From positions 1-64,000 of the forward strand of contig CAWGKG010000018.1 of the NCBI GenBank assembly GCA_963823035.1: a stretch of DNA of 64,000 bases, in the 5' to 3' direction. Under the pieces are notes generated by a model that worked only from the letters and a program-made list of their open reading frames with translations, was not told the origin of the DNA and searched no databases. The stretch is from an uncultured Gemmatimonadales bacterium. GTDB lineage: Bacteria; Gemmatimonadota; Gemmatimonadetes; Longimicrobiales; Gaopeijiaceae. A program made the position numbers and the translations under genes. This document shows, in pieces, positions 1-9,025 of the stretch. Numbering within the stretch: the first letter of the stretch is position 1; the number at the start of each line of letters is the position of its first letter.

Positions 1-186
1 ACACGGCGTCTGGCCTCCGGCGTGTCCCGCCACGTCCACAGGGTGTCACCCGCCCCGGACACATCGGGGTCCCCTCGAATCCATGTATTCGCCCAACCCA
101 TTGTCTTGTCTTACCTTATAGCATCTGCCGATGGTGGCATGCGGGTTGCAGTTATCGGGGGACGGAACCACGAACTGGAGGATACC

Positions 187-1644
187 GTGCGTACCGCAGC
201 GCGCAGCCCACTGATCCTGATCGCCGCCTCGGCCCTGGTCGCCGCGCCGACCGCGGCGCAGAGCCACGTCTCCTTCTCCGTCGGCGTCGGGTCCCTCTTC
301 GACGGGGTGAGCTTCGGCTTCCACGCCGCCGACTACGGTCCGAACTCGGTCTTCGTCGGCGCCTCGCTCGGCTTCGGGTGGTCCGGCGGCTACGGGTCGG
401 GGTACGGCATCTATTCCGACAACTACAACTACGGGGGTTGGGGACCGGACAGCTACTACGCCTCCAACTACTCCTGCTGGGACGCCTACGGGGACGCTTA
501 TTGGGATCCGTGGGACAGCTGGTATGACGGCTGCGCGGTGGCCGGGCCTGTCTGGTACCACTCCTCCTACGCCTCGAGCTGGCGTTGGCGCCATCGCGCG
601 AACGCCTTCGTCTACTGGTCCGACCCGTTCTTCCCGCCGTGGGGACCGTACTGGGCGTATGACCCCTTCGACAGCTACTGGAACGGCTACGGGTCCCGGA
701 ACCGTTGGGGCTGGGGTGGGGGCTGGGGCTATCCGTATGGCGGCGTGCGCACGGTCTACGTGGGCGGCGGCCGGCGTGGCACCGCGATCTACCGTCCCTC
801 TCCGATCTGGCAGGGCGGCCGGTACGGCCCGACCTACAAGGAGACCGCCCGCGGTGACGTCACGCGCACGGCCAAGCGCCGTCCGACGACCGTCGCGTCG
901 CCTTCCGCGTCGCCGTCGACCGCGCCCGGCCGGACCGCGGTGCGTGCTCCTTCTTCACGCGGCACACCGACGCGTGGCGCAACGCCCCGGGCGACGCCCT
1001 CGCGTGGCACCGCCGCCCCGACGGGTGTCCGTGCTCCGCGTCCCTCGGATCGGCTCGGGGCGTCGGGCTCCGCCCGCCCAGGTGGATCCGTCCGCGCTCC
1101 GACGCGGGGAAGCACGCCCCAGCGTGCGGCCAGGCCGTCGACGGGCTCCGCCCGGCCTTCGGCGCCGGTGCGGCCTTCGACGAGCCCGCGCGCGAGCGTG
1201 AGGCCTTCTACCGGGATCCGATCCAACACTGCGCGGCCCGCCCCGTCGACGTCGACGCGGAGTCGGACCCCCACGACCGCGAGGCCGTCGAGCCCGGTTC
1301 GGGGGAGCTCACCGTCGGCACGGCCCTCGACGTCGAGCCGTGGAAGTGTGCCCTCCGCGCGGCCGTCGACGTCGACACGGAGTCGGCCGCAGGCGTCGCG
1401 GCCTTCCGCCTCCGTGCCGCGGCCCAGCGCGTCGCGCTCCACGCCGTCGGCTCCGCGGGCGCGTACGCCGGCGCCGGCGCCTTCTACGCGCAGCCGACCC
1501 CAGGCGTCCCGGCCCCAGGCCCCGAGACCGCAGGCTTCGAGACCGCAGGCTTCGAGACCGCAGGCCGCGAGGGCGGCACCCCCGCGCGCCTCGACACGGA
1601 GCCGTGCCGCGCCGCCCAAGCGCCGGGGAGGCGGAGTGGACTGA
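187..1644 (+). CDS. Exported hypothetical protein: W/Y/G-rich central region and long Pro/Ser/Arg/Thr/Ala low-complexity tail
   Basis: GTG at 187 follows a GGAGG RBS, in the frame of ORF 22..1644. Signal-peptide-like N-terminus (LILIAASALVAAPTAAQ). RPS(T/A)S and RPQAS repeats in the tail. Confidence 0.7.
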   Translation: MRTAARSPLILIAASALVAAPTAAQSHVSFSVGVGSLFDGVSFGFHAADYGPNSVFVGASLGFGWSGGYGSGYGIYSDNYNYGGWGPDSYYASNYSCWDAYGDAYWDPWDSWYDGCAVAGPVWYHSSYASSWRWRHRANAFVYWSDPFFPPWGPYWAYDPFDSYWNGYGSRNRWGWGGGWGYPYGGVRTVYVGGGRRGTAIYRPSPIWQGGRYGPTYKETARGDVTRTAKRRPTTVASPSASPSTAPGRTAVRAPSSRGTPTRGATPRATPSRGTAAPTGVRAPRPSDRLGASGSARPGGSVRAPTRGSTPQRAARPSTGSARPSAPVRPSTSPRASVRPSTGIRSNTARPAPSTSTRSRTPTTARPSSPVRGSSPSARPSTSSRGSVPSARPSTSTRSRPQASRPSASVPRPSASRSTPSAPRARTPAPAPSTRSRPQASRPQAPRPQASRPQASRPQAARAAPPRASTRSRAAPPKRRGGGVD

Positions 1645-1656
1645 GACGGAGCGGCG

Positions 1657-2889
1657 TCAGCGGTCGGTGCGCGCCGGGCGACCGGCGCGCACCACCGTCG
1701 AGGTGAGGTCGCCGCCCATCCAGTAGGCCAGCTCGGAAGGATGGTCCACGTTCCAGCAGACCAGGTCGGCACGCTTGCCCACGGCGAGCGTGCCGATCTC
1801 CGTTTCCAGGCCCAGCGCGCGCGCGGCATGACGCGTCATGCCCGTCAGTGCCTCCTCCGGCGTGAGCCGAAACAGGAGGCAGGCCAGGCTCAGCGCCTGC
1901 AGCGGGTCGAGGAGCGGCGAGGAGCCCGGGTTGAGGTCCGTCGCCACGGCCATCGGCACCTCGTGCTCCCTGAAGGCCGGGATGGGAGGCACCGTGGCGT
2001 CGCGCAGGAAGTGCGCGGCTCCCGGTAGCAGGACCGCCACGGTGCCCGCCGCGGCCATGGCCCGAACCCCCGCGTCCGAGGTGTGCTCGAGGTGGTCCGC
2101 GCTGCGCGCCCCGCACGCGGCCGCGAGCGCCGCCCCTCCCTGGTCCGAGAGCTGGTCGGCATGCAGCCGAACGGGCAGTCCGGCCGCGCGGGCCGCGTCG
2201 AACACGGCGCCGCACTCCTCAGGCGTGAAGGCGATCCGCTCGCCGAAGGCGTCCACCGCGTCGGCGAGGCCCTCCGCCACGGCGGCCGGGATCATCTCCT
2301 CGCACACCAGGCGCACGTAGGAAGCGCGGTCGTCCCTGAACTCGGGAGGGAGGGCGTGGGCGCCCAGGAGCGTGGTGCGCACGCGCACGCCCGTGAGGGC
2401 CCCGATCGAGCGCGCCGCGGCCAACATGCGCAGCTCCGTCTCCACGTCCAACCCGTAGCCCGACTTGATCTCCACGGTGCTCACGCCGCGCGCCGCGAGC
2501 GCCCGTAGGCGGGCCGCCCCGGACGCGACGAGGGCCTCCTCCGAGGCCGCGCGCGTCGCGCGCACCGTGGCGAGGATGCCTCCGCCCGCCCGTGCGATCT
2601 CCTCGTACGTGGTCCCGCCCAGCCGCTGCTCGAACTCCCGGGCGCGATCGCCCCCGAAGACGAGGTGCGTATGGCAGTCGATCAGCCCCGGGGTGACCCA
2701 CCGACCCCCGGCGTCGAGCACGGCGTCCAGGTCGTGGAGCTCCCGGGGAAGACGATCGATCGGCCCGATCCACACGACGTCGCCCCCGCGCACGCCGATC
2801 GCGTCGGCGTGCACCGCCCCCCACGGCTCGCCATCGGCCGCCATGGTGGCGATGCGCGCGTTCCTCACCAGGAGATCGTCGCCCCCCAT
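1657..2889 (-). CDS. hutI: Imidazolonepropionase
   Basis: PGLIDCHTHL, EIKSGYGL, HADQL, SADHLE and ATDLNPGSSP motifs. The ATG overlaps the hutU stop (TGATG). Confidence 0.95.
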   Translation of the reverse strand: MGGDDLLVRNARIATMAADGEPWGAVHADAIGVRGGDVVWIGPIDRLPRELHDLDAVLDAGGRWVTPGLIDCHTHLVFGGDRAREFEQRLGGTTYEEIARAGGGILATVRATRAASEEALVASGAARLRALAARGVSTVEIKSGYGLDVETELRMLAAARSIGALTGVRVRTTLLGAHALPPEFRDDRASYVRLVCEEMIPAAVAEGLADAVDAFGERIAFTPEECGAVFDAARAAGLPVRLHADQLSDQGGAALAAACGARSADHLEHTSDAGVRAMAAAGTVAVLLPGAAHFLRDATVPPIPAFREHEVPMAVATDLNPGSSPLLDPLQALSLACLLFRLTPEEALTGMTRHAARALGLETEIGTLAVGKRADLVCWNVDHPSELAYWMGGDLTSTVVRAGRPARTDR

Positions 2890-4550
2890 CACGGGCCGAG
2901 CATCGGGATCTTGAGCTTCTCGCGCCGCGCCGTCTCCTCGGCGATCTCGTAGCCCGCGTCGACGTGACGCGCCACGCCGATCCCCGGGTCGTTCGTCAGC
3001 ACCCGCTCGATGCGCGTGCGCATCTCCGGCGTGCCGTCCGCCACCAGCACCTGCCCCGCGTGCAGCGAATTGCCGATGCCCACCCCGCCGCCGTGGTGGA
3101 AGGACACCCAGCTGGCGCCGGACGCGGTGTTGAGGAGCGCGTTGAGGATCGGCCAATCCGCGACCGCGTCCGTGCCGTCCTTCATCGCCTCGGTCTCACG
3201 GAAGGGCGACGCCACGGAGCCGGTATCGAGGTGGTCGCGCCCGATCACGATCGGCGCGCTGATCTCCCCGTTCGCCACCAGGTCGTTGATCGCCACGCCG
3301 AACCGGGCGCGGGCCCCCTGCCCCAGCCAGCAGATGCGCGCGGGAAGACCCTGGAACGCCACCTCGTCGTGCGCCATGCGGATCCACCGGCACAGATGCT
3401 CGTCTTCGGGGAACATCTCCAGCACCAGCTCGTCGGTCCGGTGGATGTCGGCGGGGTCGCCGCTCAGCGCCGCCCACCGGAAGGGACCCTTGCCCTCGCA
3501 GAACAGATCGCGCACGTACGCCGGCACGAACCCCGGGTAGGCGAAGGCGTTCTCGAAACCGGCTTCCCTCGCCTCGCCGCGGAGGTTGTTGCCGTAGTCG
3601 ACGGCGACGGCGCCGGCCTCCTGCAGCGCGACGATCGCCTCGCAGTGCGCGCGGATCGAGGCGCGCGACCGGCGCAGGTATGCGTCCGGGTCGGAGCGGC
3701 GCAGCGCGTCGGCAGCCTCGAGCGAGAGCCCGGCGGGGACGTAGCCGTTCAGGGGATCGTGCGCCGACGTCTGGTCGGTGACGATGTCGGGCGTGACGCC
3801 TCGCGCCACCAGCTCGGGAAGAACCTCGGCGCAGTTCCCGACCAGCCCTACGGAGAGGCGCGACCCCGAAGCTGTCGCCTCCCCGATCCAGGCGAGCGCC
3901 TCGTCCAGGTCGTGCGTCATCCGGTCGCAGTACCGGGTATCCAGGCGGCGCTGGATGCGATGCGGGTCGACCTCGACCACGAGGATCGCCCCCTCGTTCA
4001 TCGTGGCCGCGAGGGGCTGCGCCCCGCCCATGCCACCCATGCCCCCCGTGAGCACCCAGCGTCCCTTCAGGGAGCCGCCGAAGTGCTTCGTCGCCATCGC
4101 GCCGAACGTCTCGTACGTGCCCTGCAGGATCCCCTGCGTGCCGATGTAGATCCACGAGCCCGCCGTCATCTGCCCGTACATCATCAGGCCGCGGCGCTCG
4201 AGCTCGTTGAAGTGCTCCCAGGTGGCCCACCTGCCCACGAGGTTCGCGTTCGCGATCAGGACGCGCGGGGCGTGCGCGTGTGTGCGGAACACGCCCACGG
4301 GCTTGCCCGACTGCACGAGGAGGGTCTCGTCGGCCTCGAGGTCGCGCAGGGCCGCCACGATGGCTTCGAACGCCTCCCAGTTGCGCGCGGCCTTCCCGGT
4401 GCCTCCGTAGACGATCAGTTCGTCGGGCTTTTCCGCGACCTCGGGATCGAGGTTGTTCATGAGCATCCGCAGGGCGGCCTCCTGCGTCCATCCCTTGCAG
4501 GACCGCTCCGTGCCCCGAGGGGCCCGCACCGTGTGCGCCTTCGTCTCCAT
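2889..4550 (-). CDS. hutU: Urocanate hydratase
   Basis: [42 protein letters not shown] and HHGGGVG motifs. Start taken at METKAHT. Confidence 0.97.
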   Translation of the reverse strand: METKAHTVRAPRGTERSCKGWTQEAALRMLMNNLDPEVAEKPDELIVYGGTGKAARNWEAFEAIVAALRDLEADETLLVQSGKPVGVFRTHAHAPRVLIANANLVGRWATWEHFNELERRGLMMYGQMTAGSWIYIGTQGILQGTYETFGAMATKHFGGSLKGRWVLTGGMGGMGGAQPLAATMNEGAILVVEVDPHRIQRRLDTRYCDRMTHDLDEALAWIGEATASGSRLSVGLVGNCAEVLPELVARGVTPDIVTDQTSAHDPLNGYVPAGLSLEAADALRRSDPDAYLRRSRASIRAHCEAIVALQEAGAVAVDYGNNLRGEAREAGFENAFAYPGFVPAYVRDLFCEGKGPFRWAALSGDPADIHRTDELVLEMFPEDEHLCRWIRMAHDEVAFQGLPARICWLGQGARARFGVAINDLVANGEISAPIVIGRDHLDTGSVASPFRETEAMKDGTDAVADWPILNALLNTASGASWVSFHHGGGVGIGNSLHAGQVLVADGTPEMRTRIERVLTNDPGIGVARHVDAGYEIAEETARREKLKIPMLGP

Positions 4551-4576
4551 CGCCCTATCCCTCCGTCCCTGCCGTT

Positions 4577-6115
4577 CTATGGGGTCGTCTCGAGGTCCGT
4601 CGCGAGCGCGGCGAACGCGCCCGTGCGCACCATCTCCGTCAGCGTGTCCAGGTCCGGACCGAGCAGCCGATCCTCGTGCAGCGGCTCCACCCGCTCGCGC
4701 ACCAGGGCGTGGGCCGCCTCCACCCCGACGCCCGCCCGCAGCGGACGACGGAACTCGATGCCCTGCGCGGCCGCCATGAGCTCGGTGGCGAGTACCTGCT
4801 CCAGCAGCGCGACGGAGTGGCGTGCCTTGCGCGCCGCCGCCAGCCCCATGGACACGTGGTCCTCCTGGTTGGCGCTTGTGGTCACCGAGTCCACGCTCGC
4901 CGGGTGGGCGAGCACGCGCATCTCCGCCAGGCAGTCCACGGCCGTGACCTGCGTGATCATGAGCCCGCTTTGGAGCCCCGGCTTCTCGGTCAGGAAGGCC
5001 GGGAGGCCCATGGACAGGTCCGGGTTGAGGAGGCGCTCGATGCGCCGCTCGGAGATGGCCGCGAGGTCCGCCACGGCGATCGCGAGCAGGTCCAGCGCCT
5101 GCGACACGATCTGCGCGTGGAAGTTGCCGCCGCTCACGATCACCCCCGCCTCCGCGAAGACGAGCGGGTTGTCCGTGGCGCTGTTGGCCTCCGTCTCCAG
5201 GATGCCGCGCACGTAGCGGAGCGCCTCGCGGCAGGCGCCGTGCACCTGGGGCATGCAGCGGAGCGCGTAGGCGTCCTGCACGCGCGGGTCTCCCTCGCGG
5301 TGCGACTCGCGGATGTCCGAGTCGCGGAGCAGCGATCGCAGCCGCGCCGCGCTGGTGGCCTGTCCCGCGTGCGGGCGGGCGTCCTGGATCTCCCGGCGGA
5401 AGGCCTCCGGCGTGCCGAGGAGCGCCTCGAGCGACATCGCCCCCACCACGTCGGCCGTCTCGACGGCCCGCTCTGCGGCCAGCAGCGCCAGGATGCCCAG
5501 CCCCGTGGTCGCCTGCGTGCCGTTGATGAGGCTGAGCCCCTCCTTCGCCTCCAGGTGGAAGACCTCCAGTCCCTCCGCGGCCAGGAGCTCCGCCGTGTCG
5601 GACTCGACGCCGTCCCGTTCGGCCCGACCCTCGCCCAGGATGCCCAGCGCGACATGCGCAAGCGGCGCCAGGTCTCCGCTCGCGCCCACGGAGCCGTAGC
5701 GCGGAACACGCGGGTGGATCCCGTGGTTCAGGAGGTCGAGCAGCCGCTCCACCACCTCGACGCGGCACCCCGAGTAGCCGCGAGCCAGCGCGTTCGCACG
5801 GAGGACGATGATCGCGCGCACCTCCGCGCGGTTCAGCGGCTCCCCCATCCCGGAGGCATGGCTGCGCACCAGGTTGTGCTGCAGGGTGGAGCGCTCCCCC
5901 GGGGCGATGACGACCTCGGCGAGGCGGCCGAACCCGGTGGTCACGCCGTAGACGCGCTCCCCGGAGGCGACCTTGGCGTCGATGAAGGCCCGGCTCTCCG
6001 CAACGCGGGCACGCGCGTCGTCGCCCAGCGCGACCTTCACGGACAGGTCGTTCGCGGCGCGCTCCACGTCCTCCAGCGCGAGGTTGAGGCCGTCCAGCAC
6101 GAGCGTGTCCGTCAC
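4577..6115 (-). CDS. hutH: Histidine ammonia-lyase
   Basis: [11 protein letters not shown]-forming [22 protein letters not shown] and [10 protein letters not shown] motifs. GTG start overlaps the upstream stop. Confidence 0.96.
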   Translation of the reverse strand: MTDTLVLDGLNLALEDVERAANDLSVKVALGDDARARVAESRAFIDAKVASGERVYGVTTGFGRLAEVVIAPGERSTLQHNLVRSHASGMGEPLNRAEVRAIIVLRANALARGYSGCRVEVVERLLDLLNHGIHPRVPRYGSVGASGDLAPLAHVALGILGEGRAERDGVESDTAELLAAEGLEVFHLEAKEGLSLINGTQATTGLGILALLAAERAVETADVVGAMSLEALLGTPEAFRREIQDARPHAGQATSAARLRSLLRDSDIRESHREGDPRVQDAYALRCMPQVHGACREALRYVRGILETEANSATDNPLVFAEAGVIVSGGNFHAQIVSQALDLLAIAVADLAAISERRIERLLNPDLSMGLPAFLTEKPGLQSGLMITQVTAVDCLAEMRVLAHPASVDSVTTSANQEDHVSMGLAAARKARHSVALLEQVLATELMAAAQGIEFRRPLRAGVGVEAAHALVRERVEPLHEDRLLGPDLDTLTEMVRTGAFAALATDLETTP

Positions 6116-6726
6116 GGCTGCTCCGCCGGGCGCATCGGCGCCCGTCGGGCGCGAAACTCCTCCGGCGTGACCGTCAGCTCTTCCGGTGTCCAGAAATCCT
6201 CCAGCTCCACGCCGAGGCCGTCGGCGAGGCGGTTCACGTAGTTGTAGTAGCTCGTCACCTGGCAGACGTCGAGCACGGCCGCGTCGTCGAAGCCGGCGGC
6301 GCGCAGCGCCGCGACGTCCTCCGCGTCCACCGCGCTCGGCGTCCGCGTCAGCTTCACCGCGTAGTCCAACATCGCGCGATCGGCGTCGGAGATCGACGCC
6401 GCGCGGTAGTCGCGCGCCAGCGCCTTCGGGAGCTCGGGCGACCCGAGCAGCGTACGGAGGCCCGCCCCGTGATGGTTCATTCAATAGAAGCAGTCGTTGG
6501 CAGCGGACACCGTGATGGCGATCATCTCTCGCTGGACACGGCTCAACGGCGAGCGCCCACGCATCAGATGCGCGTAGAGGTGCAGGTGATGCTCCATGGA
6601 GGGTGGGTTCAGCGAGTGGATGCGGAGGATGTTGTCGATCCACCCGCGGGCGCCCGCATGGCGGGCGTACAGGCCGGCGAGGACGCCCGTCGCCTCTTCG
6701 TAGGGAACGTAGGGAATGAAGGCCAT
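6112..6726 (-). CDS. AhpD/carboxymuconolactone decarboxylase-like peroxidase-related protein; probable selenoprotein (in-frame UGA at 6481-6483, C-F-Y-U)
   Basis: Track ORFs 6481..6864 and 6112..6480 are contiguous and in frame: ...[17 protein letters not shown]... The UGA sits where the second Cys of the AhpD-type NxCxYCxxxH motif is expected. The C-terminal half has [14 protein letters not shown]. Confidence 0.8.
6454..6470 (-). promoter_or_regulatory. Candidate bacterial SECIS hairpin
   Basis: ACGGGG-CGGGC-CUCCGU: a 6-bp stem starting 11 nt after the UGA, with G at the second loop position. Confidence 0.45.
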
Positions 6727-6854
6727 GGCGCGCCGAACATGGTGACCGGCAGAGGGGGGTGGCAAGCCGCCCCGGGTTCGTTCCGATCCTCGGGTAAACG
6801 GCGTCCCCGCCCCGTGCGTCCCAGGGTCGGAATGGCATCGACCGGGGAGCCCGC

Positions 6855-7442
6855 GTGACCGCAACGTCCACGGAGATCGGCCCGGACCTCGTCGACAGGG
6901 CGCGGGGCGGCGACCCCGAGGCGTTGGAGACGCTGGTCACGCGCGCCTATCCGGTCGTTCGCCGGTGGGCGCTGGTGCGAACCGGCGATCCCACGGAAGC
7001 CGACGACCTCACCCAGGACGTGCTCGTGCAGGTGATCCGCAAGCTCGACGCCTACGACGGCCACGCGCGCTTCACCACGTGGCTCTACACGGTGACGCGC
7101 AACGCGGCCGCCGACCGATTCCGCCGCCGGAAGCGTCGTCGACGGCTCGAGGACGATCCACGCACGCCCGCGCAGATCCTTCCCGAGGCGCCCGCGCCCC
7201 CCGACGCGCTCGCCCACCGGGGGGAGGTGGCGGCCGTGGTGCGCACCTTCTTCCGCGAGCTGCCTCCCAGGCAGCGCGAGGTGTTCGACCTCGCCGATCT
7301 GCAGGGACTTCCGTCCACGGAGATCGCGGCCCGCCTCGGCATCGAGCCCGTATCCGTGCGGGCCCACCTCTTCAAGGCGAGACGCGCACTCCGGGCACGC
7401 ATCGTCGCGGCCTATCCCCTTCTTCCCGAGGACGTGGGATGA
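6855..7442 (+). CDS. ECF (sigma-70 family) RNA polymerase sigma factor
   Basis: Region 2 (ADDLTQDV...FTTWLYTVTRN) and region 4 (LPPRQREVF...EIAARLGI...VRAHLFKAR). Confidence 0.93.
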   Translation: MTATSTEIGPDLVDRARGGDPEALETLVTRAYPVVRRWALVRTGDPTEADDLTQDVLVQVIRKLDAYDGHARFTTWLYTVTRNAAADRFRRRKRRRRLEDDPRTPAQILPEAPAPPDALAHRGEVAAVVRTFFRELPPRQREVFDLADLQGLPSTEIAARLGIEPVSVRAHLFKARRALRARIVAAYPLLPEDVG

Positions 7443-7900
7443 GCGCCTGCGACGAGGTGCGAGACCTCCTTCTCGAAGCCGAGCCCGACGAGCTGCGGGG
7501 CGTGGGGTCGACGACGGTCGCGGAGCACGTGCGCGCCTGCCTCCGCTGCGCCCGCGTCGCGAACCGCATCCTCGACGATACCGACCTCCTGGACGGCTAT
7601 CTCGATGACCGACCCGCTCCTCCCGTCGCCGACATCCTGCGCCGCGCGGGCGTCCCGGCGGGTCCACGGCCGAGCCCGCGACCCCGAGTCCGACGGCGCT
7701 GGCTATGGGCCCCCGCCGCAGCGGCCGCGGCGGTCGCCGCGCTGTTCGTGGCGCTCGAGTCGCGCGGACCCGAGCCCGCGAGCGGCCCCTCTCTCGCGGC
7801 GTTCGACGCCTCGCCGGTGGTGGAGGCGGCGACGGGCGAGACCGTCGCCGTGATCCCGACCGACAACCCCGACATCACCGTACTGTGGTTCTTCCGATGA
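7439..7900 (+). CDS. Putative zinc-binding membrane anti-sigma factor
   Basis: ATGA overlap with the sigma gene, HxxxCxxC motif (HVRACLRC), and one hydrophobic helix after an Arg-rich segment. Confidence 0.75.
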   Translation: MSACDEVRDLLLEAEPDELRGVGSTTVAEHVRACLRCARVANRILDDTDLLDGYLDDRPAPPVADILRRAGVPAGPRPSPRPRVRRRWLWAPAAAAAAVAALFVALESRGPEPASGPSLAAFDASPVVEAATGETVAVIPTDNPDITVLWFFR

Positions 7901-7911
7901 GGACGCATGCC

Positions 7912-8571
7912 ATGAGAACGCTCCTTCCGGCCGTCGCCTGTCTGGCTCTCCTGTCCACCGCCTGCGAGCGCGCCCCGCGGCTGGAGACGCGCACGTTCGC
8001 CGTGAACAACCTCGCGCCCCACCAGGTCGAGGCGCTGGTGGCGCCCTACGTGTACGTGGACCGGCCGACGAACGCGGGCGTGATGAGCACGGGCGAGAAC
8101 GCGCTCACCGTGCGCGAGACGCCCGACAACCTCGAGAAGATCGCGCGCGTGCTCGAGGAGTTCGACCAGGCCAGGCCGGACGTGCGACTGCGCTTCCAGG
8201 TGATCGAGGCCGACGGGTTCCAGGGGAGCGACCTCGCCATCGCCGACGTGGAAGCGCAATTGCGCAAGCTCTTCCAGTTCCGGGGCTACCGGCTGGCCGC
8301 CCAGGCCATGCTGACCGTGACTGACGGATCGGAGATCCGCCAGTCGCTCTCCGGGGCGGAGGACGTCTACCTGGTCGACGGCTCCGCGCACTGGCGTTCC
8401 GGCGGCGCGACGGCACTGCAGATCCGCCTGTGGCACGGACGCAACGACATCCTTCTCGAGACGGCCGTGAACGTCCGCCCCGGGCAGACGCTCGTGCTCG
8501 GCACGTCTCCCAAGGAGGGCTCGACGGCCACGCTCCTGCTGACCGTTCACGCGGAGCCGGCGACCGACTAG
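7912..8571 (+). CDS. Lipoprotein with a secretin-N (NolW-like) domain
   Basis: Lipobox LSTAC. The segment NALTVRETPDNLEKIARVLEEFD resembles secretin N-domain repeats. Alternative start at 7897. Confidence 0.6.
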   Translation: MRTLLPAVACLALLSTACERAPRLETRTFAVNNLAPHQVEALVAPYVYVDRPTNAGVMSTGENALTVRETPDNLEKIARVLEEFDQARPDVRLRFQVIEADGFQGSDLAIADVEAQLRKLFQFRGYRLAAQAMLTVTDGSEIRQSLSGAEDVYLVDGSAHWRSGGATALQIRLWHGRNDILLETAVNVRPGQTLVLGTSPKEGSTATLLLTVHAEPATD

Positions 8572-8723
8572 GCCCCTACCGGAGCGGCGTGCGGATTCGA
8601 TGCGCGAGCGTGGATGCGGCTCGCGCCCTGGACTTTTTGACACGCCCGCCCGCGGCGGCCCATCTTGCCCCCCGTTTGTGCACCGGTGCCGGCGCAAGGC
8701 GCCCTCGCGAGGAAGGGAGTGGG

Positions 8724-8987
8724 ATGGTCCTGGGGAGAGACAACGGCCGCCGCAGCGGGTCGGACCGACGCACGGGCGGAGACCGCCGGGAGGGCGCACG
8801 ACGCTCGGAGGAGCGCCGGGCGGACGACCGTCGGCGGACGTCCGTTCCGGTCACCCGCGAGCGCCGCAGCGGCATCGAGCGCCGGATCGGGGAGCGCCGG
8901 CGTGTGTCCGAACGGCGAGCCGCGGAGGAGCGGCGTATCCGCGAGCGCCGAAGTGGGTTCGACCGACGCCGGGCGTACTTCGCGTAG
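8724..8987 (+). CDS. Small Arg-rich protein made of tandem (D/E)RR repeats
   Basis: ATG after GAAGGGAG; 87 aa: GRRSGSDRRTGGDRR...ERRSGIERR...ERRSGFDRRR. Confidence 0.6.
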   Translation: MVLGRDNGRRSGSDRRTGGDRREGARRSEERRADDRRRTSVPVTRERRSGIERRIGERRRVSERRAAEERRIRERRSGFDRRRAYFA

Positions 8988-9025
8988 CCGCCTATTCACG
9001 GAACCGGTGCCGCTCCCGCCCGGCC

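Noticed and set aside
4577..6115. Possibility that hutH/hutU encode ergothioneine-degrading paralogs
   Set aside because: The MIO-forming ASG and canonical HAL motifs are intact, and hutI and ftcD complete ordinary histidine catabolism.
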